Positions 28,268 to 38,294 of a DNA stretch of 64,000 nucleotides are shown in pieces (the stretch's first letter is position 1; each line of letters opens with the position of its first letter). This stretch comes from Acidobacteriota bacterium. Lineage in GTDB: Bacteria > Acidobacteriota > UBA890 > WLXD01. The stretch covers positions 384,001 to 448,000 of the forward strand of contig CBDBHB010000009.1 in NCBI GenBank assembly GCA_965205505.1, written 5' to 3'. The notes beneath the pieces were generated by a model. That model did not search any database, had not been told where the DNA came from, and saw only the letters and a list, made by a program, of their open reading frames with translations. The position numbers and the translations under genes are program-made.

Positions 28268-28287
28268 ACGGAGACGTGGAGACAACG

Positions 28288-29391
28288 ATGGGAAGAAAAC
28301 AAGGCGCGCTGTTCGTCATGCTCGCAGCGGCCGTTGTCGCGCTGACGGTTCTGCCGGGCGCGGCGACGGTTGGGCAGCAACCTGTCCTCACCGATGAGTT
28401 CGAGCGTTTCCTGGTGACCCGGGACACACGGATCGGCGAGGTGCTAGGCAGCGCCGACCTAATCTTTCCGACCGACAAGAAGATCACCTGGAGCCTGGTG
28501 GCCCCGATCCCCGGAGGCGATCGGCGCAACTACCTGCGCGAGGGTCAGCTCGACGCCACCGAGATCGTTGGCATCGACTCGGACACCGGCGAGATCAGCC
28601 TCGAGGCACACCCTGGCGCCTATGACGCGCACTACTACGCCGAGGTACGAGCCGACAACGAAGACGGCTTCATGGAGGCGGTGCTCATCATCATCGCCCT
28701 CGAGGAGACGCCCAAGCAGGAGAACGCCCTCGATATCTTCACGCAGCGCGTCGAGACGCCTGGCGTGACCTTCTGGGCCACAGCGCGGGTCGACCCGGCG
28801 AAGGTCGACTACGCCGCCAAGATCGCCAACACGCTGCTCTTGAAGGACCGTAGCGGCTCCGGCCGCATCACCGAGGCGGTCAAGCAGCGGCAGGCGATCA
28901 TGACGCTTTTCTATACGTTCGAGGAGCGCAATACCTCGATCGGTTTCTACATGCACCGCCGGGCGCTCCGTCTACGCACCCAAGACCTGGAAGACGAGGA
29001 GATCATCCCCGACTACCTGCGGTTGGGAGGCCCCGAAGGGCTCCGCCGCGATGCCTCGGTTGAGGAGATCACCCACCTGATCCACCGCGGCGGCATCATG
29101 GTGGCCTACCCCGAGGTGCAGGAGCGAATCGAGCGCGCTACCGCGGTCGCCATCGAGCGCGGCTTCTACAGGCCGCAGCCCGGATTGCCGGCCGATTCCT
29201 TCGCTGACGAATATCTGGCGTTCGGCGTCGATATCTTCTACGGTGCCCACCGCCGTCGTAGCTTCGAGGGCGTGGCGCTGACACCCGAGAACTTGCCCAC
29301 CCTTGATCCGGAACTCTACGAGATTCTGTCGTTCCTGTTCCCGTCGCGCGAGGAGTTCTTCCGCGAGATGGGTTGGGAAGACGACATCTAG
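28288..29391 (+). CDS. EExxH zincin-like protein with N-terminal cadherin-like beta domain (family member C)
   Basis: QDL...RDASVEEITHLIH...ADEYL...DPELYEIL..LFP; signal peptide; IDSDTGEISL. Confidence 0.75.
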   Translation: MGRKQGALFVMLAAAVVALTVLPGAATVGQQPVLTDEFERFLVTRDTRIGEVLGSADLIFPTDKKITWSLVAPIPGGDRRNYLREGQLDATEIVGIDSDTGEISLEAHPGAYDAHYYAEVRADNEDGFMEAVLIIIALEETPKQENALDIFTQRVETPGVTFWATARVDPAKVDYAAKIANTLLLKDRSGSGRITEAVKQRQAIMTLFYTFEERNTSIGFYMHRRALRLRTQDLEDEEIIPDYLRLGGPEGLRRDASVEEITHLIHRGGIMVAYPEVQERIERATAVAIERGFYRPQPGLPADSFADEYLAFGVDIFYGAHRRRSFEGVALTPENLPTLDPELYEILSFLFPSREEFFREMGWEDDI

Positions 29392-29432
29392 CTCGCCACC
29401 GCGATCGCGCACCGCACCATGGAGGCCAACCC

Positions 29433-30830
29433 GTGAAGATATCGAGAGTCATGACGCTCCTCGCCCTGTCGACGTTGCTCATCTCACCAGGCCGTGCTGC
29501 GCCACAGTCTGCGGACGGGCCGATCACGGTGCTCACGAACGCCAACGTGATCGACGCCACGGGTAGCCCGGTGCAGCCGGGTATGACGGTGGTGATCACC
29601 GGCAACACGATTACCTCGATCAGCGGTGGGGCCTACCAGCCGACCGGTGAAGAGGAAAGCATCATCGACCTCGATGGTGCCTATGTCGTTCCGGGCTTCT
29701 GGAACATGCACACCCACCTGACCGCCTTACTGCCCCACAACCATGCGCTCGACGGCGCCAGCAGCGGCTCAAAGGTCATTCGTGCCGGTGTCAACGCCAT
29801 GGAAGGCCTGCGCCACGGTTTCACGGCGCTGCGCTCCGTCGGTGAAGAGGACTACATCGACGTGACCTGGCAGCGGGCCTTCGATCAGGGGTATTTCGTG
29901 GGCCCGCGCATTTTCCCCAGCGGCCAGGCGGTCTCGCCCACGGCTGGTCACCGCGGCTCGACCGTCGATGGTGCCGACGGCGTCGCCGCCATCCGTAAGG
30001 CGGTGCGCAGCCGCATCCAGAACGGCGTCAGCACGATCAAAATCCACAACGTCGAGATGCTCCCCGACGAGCTCGCGGCGGTGGTCGAGACCGCCCATAG
30101 CCTCGGCGTTCACGTCACCGCGCACACGCGTGAGCCGGCCGCTCAAGCAGCCGTCGAGGCGGGGGTCGATTGCCTGGAGCACGGCTACGGGCTCACCGAC
30201 CACACCATCGAGCTGATGGCGCGCCGCGGCACCTTCTACGATCCTACGATCATCTGCAATCTGAGCGACCAGTACATCAAGGAGCGCGAAGCGCGGCTGG
30301 CGTCGCTGGGCTACTCCGACGACGAGCAGGCAGTGCGGCTGCGCACGGCGATCGCCTACGCCGACGAGCGCTCGCCGGAACACGCGCTGTACCAGCGGCA
30401 GGCGCTGGTGAAGGCAGCCGAAGCCGGCGTCAAGCTACTCATCGGCTCCGACTCGATGCCCATCGGCGAGATCGGCTGGCTGGAGATGGAGCAGTTCGTG
30501 ATCTCGGGCGTCAGCGAGATGGACACGCTGATCGCGGCGACGCGCAACGGCGCCGACATGATGGGTCTCCTCGACGTGCTCGGCACGGTGGAGGAGGGCA
30601 AGCTCGCCGACCTCGTGGTCCTGGCCGACAACCCGCTCGAGAACATCTCAAACATCCGCACCGTGCAGATGGTGTTCAAGGACGGCATCTCGGTCGAGAT
30701 GGAGCCTCCGCCGGGTATTCTGCGCTTCTACGACTACTTCGATTCCACCGGTCTGCTGCAGGGGTTCCTCGGCAAGTCCGAGAGTGCTGCCGGCTTCAAC
30801 AGAAAAGGTAACCCGTACGCTCAGCAGTAG
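29433..30830 (+). CDS. Amidohydrolase family protein (Xaa-Pro dipeptidase-like), secreted
   Basis: PGFWNMHTH, IK, TAH, EHG, GSD, GKLADLVVL; GGAGG RBS. Confidence 0.9.
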   Translation: MKISRVMTLLALSTLLISPGRAAPQSADGPITVLTNANVIDATGSPVQPGMTVVITGNTITSISGGAYQPTGEEESIIDLDGAYVVPGFWNMHTHLTALLPHNHALDGASSGSKVIRAGVNAMEGLRHGFTALRSVGEEDYIDVTWQRAFDQGYFVGPRIFPSGQAVSPTAGHRGSTVDGADGVAAIRKAVRSRIQNGVSTIKIHNVEMLPDELAAVVETAHSLGVHVTAHTREPAAQAAVEAGVDCLEHGYGLTDHTIELMARRGTFYDPTIICNLSDQYIKEREARLASLGYSDDEQAVRLRTAIAYADERSPEHALYQRQALVKAAEAGVKLLIGSDSMPIGEIGWLEMEQFVISGVSEMDTLIAATRNGADMMGLLDVLGTVEEGKLADLVVLADNPLENISNIRTVQMVFKDGISVEMEPPPGILRFYDYFDSTGLLQGFLGKSESAAGFNRKGNPYAQQ

Positions 30831-30913
30831 CGCCGGGAGCACGCTGACTCAGTGCGGGTGAGAAGATAGCTGTCCAGGATCAGCAGACCTCACCGGAGGC
30901 CCGGGAGTCCGCC

Positions 30914-32767
30914 ATGAATGAGCCACGAGTCGTTGCCACGAAGCGAGAGGACTCGGTGGTCATCCGGTTTGCCGGCGACTCCGGCGATGGCATGCAGCTC
31001 ACCGGCACGCAGTTCACCACGACGTCGGCGCTGCTCGGCAACGACTTCGCGACGTTCCCTGATTTTCCGGCGGAGATTCGCGCCCCGGCAGACACCATGC
31101 CCGGGGTCAGCGCCTACCAGCTGCACTTCTCCTCGACGGACGTTTACACCGCGGGTGATTCTCCCGATGTCCTGGTGGCAATGAACGCGGCGGCTCTGAA
31201 AGTGAGCCTGCCGATGCTGCCGGCGGGCCGCACCATCATCGTCAACACCGACGGATTTGGTGACGCCAGTCTGAGGAAGGCGGGCTACGCGATCGACCCA
31301 CTGGAGGACGGCACGCTCGACGGCTACCGGGTCGTTCCGGTGCCGCTCACCACGCTCACGATCAAGGTGCTGGAGAGCTCGCCGCTGTCGGTGCGTGAAC
31401 GGCGCCGCTGCAAGAACTTCTACGCCCTCGGAATCATGTACTGGCTCTACTCGCGCCCGCTGGGGACGACCGAAGAGTGGATCCAGAAGCGCTTCAAAAA
31501 CAAGCCGGACATCGTCGAAGCCAACCTCACAGCGCTTCACGCCGGCTACGCGTACGCCCAGGCAAGCGAGCTGTTTCAGGTTCGCTACGAAGTTCCTCCG
31601 ACCCCTCAGGACCCTGGTCTGTACCGCAACATCTCTGGCAACAAAGCGCTGGCGCTCGGGCTCTACTCGGCGGCGTCGCGCGCCGGTCTGCAGCTGTTCT
31701 TCGGTTCCTATCCCATCACCCCGGCGTCGGACATCCTGTCTGAGCTGGCGCGGCTGAAGTCGCAGGGAGTGGTGACGTTTCAGGCTGAGGACGAGATCGC
31801 CGCCGTGTGTTCCGCCATCGGTGCCTCCTTCGGCGGCTCCATCGGCGTCACCGCTACCAGCGGCCCCGGTCTGGCCCTGAAGGCTGAGGCCATCGGTCTG
31901 GCGGTGACCACGGAGCTGCCGCTTGTTATCGTCAACGTGCAGCGTGGCGGACCGAGCACCGGCCTTCCCACCAAGACCGAGCAGTCAGATCTGTTGCAGG
32001 CGATGTGGGGGAGGAACGGCGAGTCCCCGATGGCTGTGATCGCCGCCTCTACCCCCGGAGATTGCTTCGCTACTGCCATCGAGGCTGTTCGTATTGCGCT
32101 CCAATACATGATGCCGGTGCTGTTGCTCTCAGACGGCTATATCGCTAATGGCGCAGAGCCCTGGCTGGTGCCCAACGCCAGCGATCTGCCTGAAATCTCC
32201 GTGCAGTTTCGAACCGACCCCGAGGGCTTCGAACCGTTTCTCAGGGATCCGGAGACTCTGGCGCGGCCGTGGGTGAAGCCCGGCACTCCAGGACTCGAGC
32301 ACCGCATCGGCGGCCTCGCGCACCAGGAAGGCTCCGGCAACGTTTCCTACGACCCGGCGAACCACGAGCAGATGACCGTTCTGCGCGAGGAGAAGATCGC
32401 TCGGATAGCGAACGACATTCCCCCGGCGAAGCCCTTCGGCGACGACAGCGGCGATCTCCTGCTGGTCGGCTGGGGAGGCACCTACGGTTCCCTGCATGCG
32501 GCAACGCTGGCGGCGCGGGCGAAGGGGCTCAGCGTCTCGCACGTCCATCTTCGCCACATCAACCCGTTCCCCTCGAACCTCGCGGAGGTGCTGGGCTCCT
32601 TCGATCGGGTACTGGTTGTGGAGCTCAACCGGGGCCAGCTCGACACCCTGTTGCGCGCTCGCTACCTGTTAGACACCCTGAAGCTCAACAAAGTCCGGGG
32701 ACAGCCCTTCTCGGTGGCGGAGATCGTCGCCGCTGTGGAGACGGCCCTCGAAGGCGAGAAACGATGA
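30914..32767 (+). CDS. korA: 2-oxoacid:ferredoxin oxidoreductase subunit alpha
   Basis: AGDSGDGMQ, YPITPAS, QAEDEI, TSGPG, QRGGPSTGLPTK. Confidence 0.93.
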   Translation: MNEPRVVATKREDSVVIRFAGDSGDGMQLTGTQFTTTSALLGNDFATFPDFPAEIRAPADTMPGVSAYQLHFSSTDVYTAGDSPDVLVAMNAAALKVSLPMLPAGRTIIVNTDGFGDASLRKAGYAIDPLEDGTLDGYRVVPVPLTTLTIKVLESSPLSVRERRRCKNFYALGIMYWLYSRPLGTTEEWIQKRFKNKPDIVEANLTALHAGYAYAQASELFQVRYEVPPTPQDPGLYRNISGNKALALGLYSAASRAGLQLFFGSYPITPASDILSELARLKSQGVVTFQAEDEIAAVCSAIGASFGGSIGVTATSGPGLALKAEAIGLAVTTELPLVIVNVQRGGPSTGLPTKTEQSDLLQAMWGRNGESPMAVIAASTPGDCFATAIEAVRIALQYMMPVLLLSDGYIANGAEPWLVPNASDLPEISVQFRTDPEGFEPFLRDPETLARPWVKPGTPGLEHRIGGLAHQEGSGNVSYDPANHEQMTVLREEKIARIANDIPPAKPFGDDSGDLLLVGWGGTYGSLHAATLAARAKGLSVSHVHLRHINPFPSNLAEVLGSFDRVLVVELNRGQLDTLLRARYLLDTLKLNKVRGQPFSVAEIVAAVETALEGEKR

Positions 32768-33816
32768 GTCTGGCATCGACTGCACCCCCCACGTACTCGA
32801 AAAAGGACTTCGCCTCCGACCAGACTGTCCGCTGGTGTCCGGGTTGCGGCGACTACGCCATCCTGAGCACGGTGCAGAAGGTCTTCGCCACCCTGGGGAT
32901 CCCCCGCGAGAAGTTTGTCATCATTTCCGGAATCGGTTGCTCCAGTCGCTTCCCCTATTACATGAACACCTACGGGTTCCACACCATCCATGGACGCGCC
33001 CCGGCGCTTGCCACGGGACTGAAGGTGGCGCGCCCCGATCTCTCGGTCTGGGTGGTGACCGGCGACGGCGACGCGCTCTCCATCGGCGGCAACCACATCC
33101 TGCATTCGATGCGTCGCAACGTGGACATCAAGGTGTTGCTCTTCAACAACAGAATCTATGGGCTCACCAAGGGCCAATACTCCCCCACATCGGAGGTGGG
33201 TAAGAAGACCAAGACGTCGCCCTACGGGTCTATCGACCGGCCGCTTCAACCTCTTTCCATCGCCCTGGCGGCGGAGGCGACCTTCGTTGCCAGGACCGCC
33301 GATGTTTACGGCCAGCATCTGGCGACAGTGCTGCAGCGAACCGCCGCGCACCGGGGATCTGCTTTCGTGGAGATCTTGCAGAACTGCAACATCTTTAACG
33401 ACGGAGCCTTCGAGGGTGTGACGGACCGGCAGACGCGCGAGGACCAGAAGGTGGACCTGGTGCACGGAGAGCCGATGGTGTTCGGCAAGAACCGAGATCG
33501 GGGCGTTCGGTTGCAAGGGCTGATGCCCGAGGTGGTGCAGGTTGGCAACGGCGGGGTGCCGGAGGAGGAGCTCCTGCACCACGACGAGGCGGCGGCGGAT
33601 CCCACCCTCGCCTACCTCCTCAGCCAACTCGAGCCACCTGACTTCCCGATGCCGATGGGTGTCTTCCGAGCGCTGCAGGAAGAGACCTACGACGATGCCA
33701 TCCACCGCCAGATCCGTGATGCCCGCGGAGCGGGGCCCGAGAGCGATCTCGACGCCTTGCTCCAGGAGGGGGATACCTGGCGAATCAACACGGAGACCGC
33801 AGACGAGACAGTCTGA
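32764..33816 (+). CDS. korB: 2-oxoacid:ferredoxin oxidoreductase subunit beta
   Basis: WCPGCGD, GIGCSSR, HGRA, GDGD, YGLTKGQYSPT; ATGA overlap. Confidence 0.93.
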   Translation: MSLASTAPPTYSKKDFASDQTVRWCPGCGDYAILSTVQKVFATLGIPREKFVIISGIGCSSRFPYYMNTYGFHTIHGRAPALATGLKVARPDLSVWVVTGDGDALSIGGNHILHSMRRNVDIKVLLFNNRIYGLTKGQYSPTSEVGKKTKTSPYGSIDRPLQPLSIALAAEATFVARTADVYGQHLATVLQRTAAHRGSAFVEILQNCNIFNDGAFEGVTDRQTREDQKVDLVHGEPMVFGKNRDRGVRLQGLMPEVVQVGNGGVPEEELLHHDEAAADPTLAYLLSQLEPPDFPMPMGVFRALQEETYDDAIHRQIRDARGAGPESDLDALLQEGDTWRINTETADETV

Positions 33817-33836
33817 CGCGCCAAGGAGCAGAGGCC

Positions 33837-34373
33837 ATGAGCACTGGCTACGACGAAGACCTGGACATGTACGAGGAGGCCAGAGGCCCGCGAAAACGAC
33901 AGCTCGACAACCGGGTTCTGCTGCGCCCGATAAGCGATCTCAACTACCCGAAGAATCCCGCCGCCGTAGCCCCCGACACGACGGTCGAGGAGGCTCTGGA
34001 CGTGATGGTCGCCAAGAAGATCGGCGGCCTGTTGGTAGTGGAGGACGGCAAGGTCGTCGGCATCTTCGCCGAGCGTGATGCGCTCATGAAGCGGCTCTAC
34101 GATACCAAGGGGCTTGATCGGCCCGTGCGCGACTACATGACCGCCGACCCGGATTGCCTGACGATCTACGACGGAATAGCGGTCGCCTTGAACCGGATGG
34201 TCGAGGGCGGTTACCGGCACGTCCCGCTGGTGAACGCTGAACACGAGCCGGTGGGAATCCTGGTCATGCGCGATGTCGTGCGATACGTGGTGTCGTTCTT
34301 CCCGGCCGAGGTCCTCAACCTGCCGCCGCATAGCGAGCACGACCCGCCGGACCGGTCCATCGACGGCGGGTAG
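33837..34373 (+). CDS. CBS domain pair protein
   Basis: VGIFAERD, YRHVPLV...VGILVMRD. Confidence 0.88.
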   Translation: MSTGYDEDLDMYEEARGPRKRQLDNRVLLRPISDLNYPKNPAAVAPDTTVEEALDVMVAKKIGGLLVVEDGKVVGIFAERDALMKRLYDTKGLDRPVRDYMTADPDCLTIYDGIAVALNRMVEGGYRHVPLVNAEHEPVGILVMRDVVRYVVSFFPAEVLNLPPHSEHDPPDRSIDGG

Positions 34374-34421
34374 TGTGGTTCGCGCGGGGCCGGGGAGGGC
34401 CACGAACGCGACGCCGCTGCG

Positions 34422-35909
34422 TTACTCCATCGCCAGCTCGACGAACTCGTCCCAGACCTTCAGCAGCTTGGTGGTGTCGTTCTCGGCGTGACTTGGCGTG
34501 ATCAGGCACATGTTGAAGTAGGGCATGATCAGCACGCCGTGGTTCCAGAAGTAGGCGTGGGAGAGCTCGAAGAGGCCACCGAATCCGACCTGGACTAGCC
34601 CGGCGATCGGGTCGCTGACCGGTTCGGGTATGAAATGGTAGCAGATCCGGTTGCCTATCGTCTCGATCCTGAACGGCGCGTTGTGGCGCTGCAGGCTGTC
34701 TTCCATACCGGTCTTGATGGCGCCCGCCGCCGCGTCGATCCTGGCGAAGGTCTCGTCGGTGAATATCTGCTCCAGCGTCACCCGCAGCGCCAGGGTGGAC
34801 ATGGCGTTGCCGCATAGTGCCGTGCCCAGGAAGCCGAAGCCGGCGCCGGCAAAAAAACCGACCTCCGTGTGATCGCGCTCTACTTTCTTGGCGATCTCCT
34901 CGGTCATGCCGAAGACCGCACCCGGGATGCCGCTCGAGATCGACTTGCCGCAGGTCCAGAAGTCGCCTGAGATCCCCATGTGCCCGGCCATTCCCCTCGG
35001 GCCCTGACTGATGGTGTGGGTCTCGTCGTAGCAGAGCAGCGTTCCGTACTTCTCGCACAGCCCCTTGAGCCCTTCGTGCCAGCCGGGCCTCGGCCACGCC
35101 CAACCGAAGTTGGACATCACCGGTTCCACCATTACGCAGGCGACGGTGCGGTCTTGCAGGATCTCGTCGACGCTTTCGAGGTCGTTCCAGTTGAAGACCT
35201 TCGTCCCCTGATCGACGTCGCCGTGGTAAATGCCGAGGTCGTGGAAGCGCGAGATCTTGCCCGGCGCCGGCATGAACTTCTGAGTCTCGTCGATGGTGCC
35301 GTGGTAGGTGAAGTTGGGGATGGCGATGTTCGGTCTGCCGGTATGGTGGCGAGCAATGGCGAGCACGAAGCGGTTGGCGTCGGATGCCGACAGAGCGTGC
35401 ATCCAGTGGCTGAGGCCGAAGCGGTCCGCGAGGAGCTGGGTCGCCGCGATGGAGTCTTCGTTGCACATCATCGTCGACAGGCCGTCCCTGGTGAGGCGAT
35501 CGGCCACCGCAGCGTAGACTGGGTTGTCGGGGACGCGTCCGAACATGTCCGGGGAGTCGCCGAAGTTGACGTCCAGGTACTCGTTGACGTCGACGTCCCA
35601 GAGCTTGTTGCCGTACGAGCGCTCGGCGTAGAGAAGATGCGGCGTTTCCCAGTCTTTTTGGCAGGTGGCGAAAACGCCCCAGGGCATCGACTTCCTGCCC
35701 TCGTCTTGCATCTCCTTCGACTTCGGGGTCCTGCTCATCCACTCCGACATCTGCTCTTCGGCCAGGGCTAGCAGCGTCTCCCGCGGCTTCACGCCGGGGA
35801 GAATCGGAAAGACGGTGGAAAGATCCGTGGGGTCGGCGTAGGGCGCCCAGTTCCGGGCTTGCTCCAACGGGAATGGTCGCGTCGACGCCATCCGGCTTTT
35901 CTTCACCAT
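34422..35909 (-). CDS. Class III aminotransferase (glutamate-1-semialdehyde aminomutase-like)
   Basis: LWDVDVNEYLD, YHG, EPV, DETHT, GKSISSG PLP lysine. Confidence 0.85.
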   Translation of the reverse strand: MVKKSRMASTRPFPLEQARNWAPYADPTDLSTVFPILPGVKPRETLLALAEEQMSEWMSRTPKSKEMQDEGRKSMPWGVFATCQKDWETPHLLYAERSYGNKLWDVDVNEYLDVNFGDSPDMFGRVPDNPVYAAVADRLTRDGLSTMMCNEDSIAATQLLADRFGLSHWMHALSASDANRFVLAIARHHTGRPNIAIPNFTYHGTIDETQKFMPAPGKISRFHDLGIYHGDVDQGTKVFNWNDLESVDEILQDRTVACVMVEPVMSNFGWAWPRPGWHEGLKGLCEKYGTLLCYDETHTISQGPRGMAGHMGISGDFWTCGKSISSGIPGAVFGMTEEIAKKVERDHTEVGFFAGAGFGFLGTALCGNAMSTLALRVTLEQIFTDETFARIDAAAGAIKTGMEDSLQRHNAPFRIETIGNRICYHFIPEPVSDPIAGLVQVGFGGLFELSHAYFWNHGVLIMPYFNMCLITPSHAENDTTKLLKVWDEFVELAME

Positions 35910-36061
35910 AGGGGGGCAGTCCAGTTGACCTTCGGGGACGAGATTTGCGAGCCTAGCTTCAAAGGTACCGTGGAAACGGTGCGCGTATCACTGGTGCTGG
36001 CAGCACTCCAATGCAGCGAATCGAAGACATCTGATCCAGGCGAGTTGCCCAGGAGAACCCC

Positions 36062-36702
36062 ATGAAACCACCGAACTGGGCCATGGTCGTGGCTCTGGCG
36101 GGTCTCGAAATCGTGCAATTTGCAGCACACGATGCGGGTGCGGTCAGCGAGGCGATTGCTCCGGGGCAGCGAGAACAGTTCGTTGATCAACGCGATGGAC
36201 AGCGATATCGGATGGTCGAAATCGGCGACGCGACCTGGCTCGCCGGCAACCTGAACTACGAAACGCCGGAATCCTATTGTTACGGTGATCAGCCGGCCAA
36301 CTGCGACCGTCACGGGCGCCTGTACAGATGGGAGGCAGCGCTGTCCGCTTGCCCGCCCGGGTGGCATCTGTCGACCGAGCAGGCTGGCAGTCGATGGAGC
36401 TCGCGTTGGGGCTGCCAGTCTCCGAGCTCGAGAGCGAGGGTAACCGTGGATCGGCAGAGGGAGCCCGGCTCAAACCAGGTGGTGATACCGGTTTCGATGT
36501 ACAGCTCGGCGGCTGGCGCCGGTCCGAGGATGGCGTGTACGAGGCGATCGGCAGGGCGGCAGCTTACTGGACCGCCACGGAGTCCGGCCCCGGTCGAGCT
36601 TGGCATAGGGACGTCGATACCGGTGACGACCAGATCTGGCGAAGCCCCGTCATCAAACCGTACGGCCTGAGCGTTCGCTGCGTGATGAATCGCGATCAGT
36701 GA
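36062..36702 (+). pseudogene. FISUMP (Fibrobacter succinogenes major paralogous) domain protein with a frameshift near 36383
   Basis: DQRDGQRYRMVEIG..WLAGNLNY, GRLYRW, CPPGWHL in one frame; WQSME...YWTAT...GLSVRCV in another. Confidence 0.85.
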
Positions 36703-38290
36703 GCCGTCGAATCTCGTCGTCGTTGCCGGTGAGCTCCCAGCGAGTCAACGCGATGGGGATGATACCGCCGCTCATAAACTCGTCGAGCAGCTCGCGCAGG
36801 TCGAACGCCTCGCCGAGCTGTTGCGAGTGGTCGGCGATCAGCTGCAGCAGCATTTGCTTGCCGACCACGTAGCTGGTCGAGTGCGCCGGCGCGCGTAGGG
36901 CCTCTTCGATATCCCACCAAACGGCGTCGCTGTCGGGCGCCGCCCAAGGGTAGGGGAGCTTGTCGACGAACGCCTGGATGCCCTCGTCCATGGTGTATTC
37001 GTTGGCGTGCATCATCAGGTCCGACAGTGCCCGAGCGGTGCGGAAGGCCATCCAGATATACGTGATCTGCTTGGCGCGCGGCCGCGAGACGAGCGATCCG
37101 AGCTGCAGCATGATCTCCTCGCTGCCGAACGCCAGCGCCTCGGAGCGCGCCTCGTGCATGTCGAACAGGCGGATGGTGCCGCGGATCGGTCGGGTGTCGC
37201 CGTCTTGGTACCAGATGGTGCGGTCGCGCACGTAGTAGTGGCCGAAGAAAGTGTGGGTGATCTGGGTCATCGGCTCACGATCGCAACACTGCTCGAAGAA
37301 GCCGCGATAGCCCGGTCGAAGGTAGGCGCTCTTCCCCCAGGTGCGAGGGAAGCGGTGTTCCGGTAGGGGCTCGAGATCCTCGGGCACGGTGATGATCTTT
37401 CGATCGCGGAGAAACTCGAGTAGCTCCTGCGCCGCAGCGCCCTGGCGCTCCAGATTCTGCGCCTCGCTCGACGTCATCTCGAACGGCGGCAGGTCGCGGT
37501 TGCGGTGTTCCTCGAGCCGCAGGAAGGCAACGGCGCGGTGGTACTCGCTCTGAATCATGGTGAGCAGCTCGTCCCAGCCGTAGGGGATGAGCAGCACGTT
37601 TCTCAGCCACCAGTCGTAGTTGTCCTTGCCGACTCCTGCAGGTGCAGTCATCAGCGGGATCTGCTGGTTGAGCCAGTCGCGGAACTCGTCGATGGCGACC
37701 AGCGCGCGCTCGGCGTCGACGACAGCCTCCGGATGATGCGCAGCTAGCTGCTCAGCGATTCCCTCGACGAAGCTACGCTCCTTTTCCTTCAAGCGGACTG
37801 CCACGCGGGCCAGATCGGCCGACGCCTCGGTGAGGTTGCCGCGCGCCTGCTCGAAGATCGTCGGGATTGCCCGGAGCTTCACCCGTAGCGTCGCCAGCTC
37901 GCCCTCCGACAGCGGCAGGCGTGGCCAGTCCAGCGGCAGGGCGAGTGGCCAGTCCGACAGCATGCGCGAATGGTGCACCAGCAACCTCGGGTAGATGCCG
38001 TCGATAATGTTGTAGAAGCCCGGATCGCGGGCCCACGGGCGCAACACCCGATGGTCGAAGTCGACACCGTTCATCTCCGCGCAGACGACCTGATAGTCGA
38101 CCTGCTCCGAGATGCTCCAAGCGCTGATATCCAGCCTCGTGAGCCGCTCCTGAAGCCGCAGCAACTCGGTGTGCTTCCGCCCCATGGCGGTGTGTGTGTA
38201 GTCGGGTACGCCTCCGACCACGTCTGGCGCGAGCGATGCGCGGAAGTCGTCGAACAGCGCTACTAGATCCCGGTGCTCGTGTCCGCTCAT
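36653..38290 (-). CDS. DUF885-like protein, no signal peptide
   Basis: Paralog of the C-terminal domain of 19619-22414 (GVPDY, QVDYQ, GVGKDNY, RALSD, RWELTG); 50-bp convergent overlap with the FISUMP gene. Confidence 0.8.
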   Translation of the reverse strand: MSGHEHRDLVALFDDFRASLAPDVVGGVPDYTHTAMGRKHTELLRLQERLTRLDISAWSISEQVDYQVVCAEMNGVDFDHRVLRPWARDPGFYNIIDGIYPRLLVHHSRMLSDWPLALPLDWPRLPLSEGELATLRVKLRAIPTIFEQARGNLTEASADLARVAVRLKEKERSFVEGIAEQLAAHHPEAVVDAERALVAIDEFRDWLNQQIPLMTAPAGVGKDNYDWWLRNVLLIPYGWDELLTMIQSEYHRAVAFLRLEEHRNRDLPPFEMTSSEAQNLERQGAAAQELLEFLRDRKIITVPEDLEPLPEHRFPRTWGKSAYLRPGYRGFFEQCCDREPMTQITHTFFGHYYVRDRTIWYQDGDTRPIRGTIRLFDMHEARSEALAFGSEEIMLQLGSLVSRPRAKQITYIWMAFRTARALSDLMMHANEYTMDEGIQAFVDKLPYPWAAPDSDAVWWDIEEALRAPAHSTSYVVGKQMLLQLIADHSQQLGEAFDLRELLDEFMSGGIIPIALTRWELTGNDDEIRRLTDRDSSRSERSGRTV

Positions 38291-38294
38291 TCGG

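Noticed and set aside
36062-36702. FISUMP gene as a diversity-generating retroelement target
   Set aside because: No reverse transcriptase and no template/variable repeat pair seen in the window
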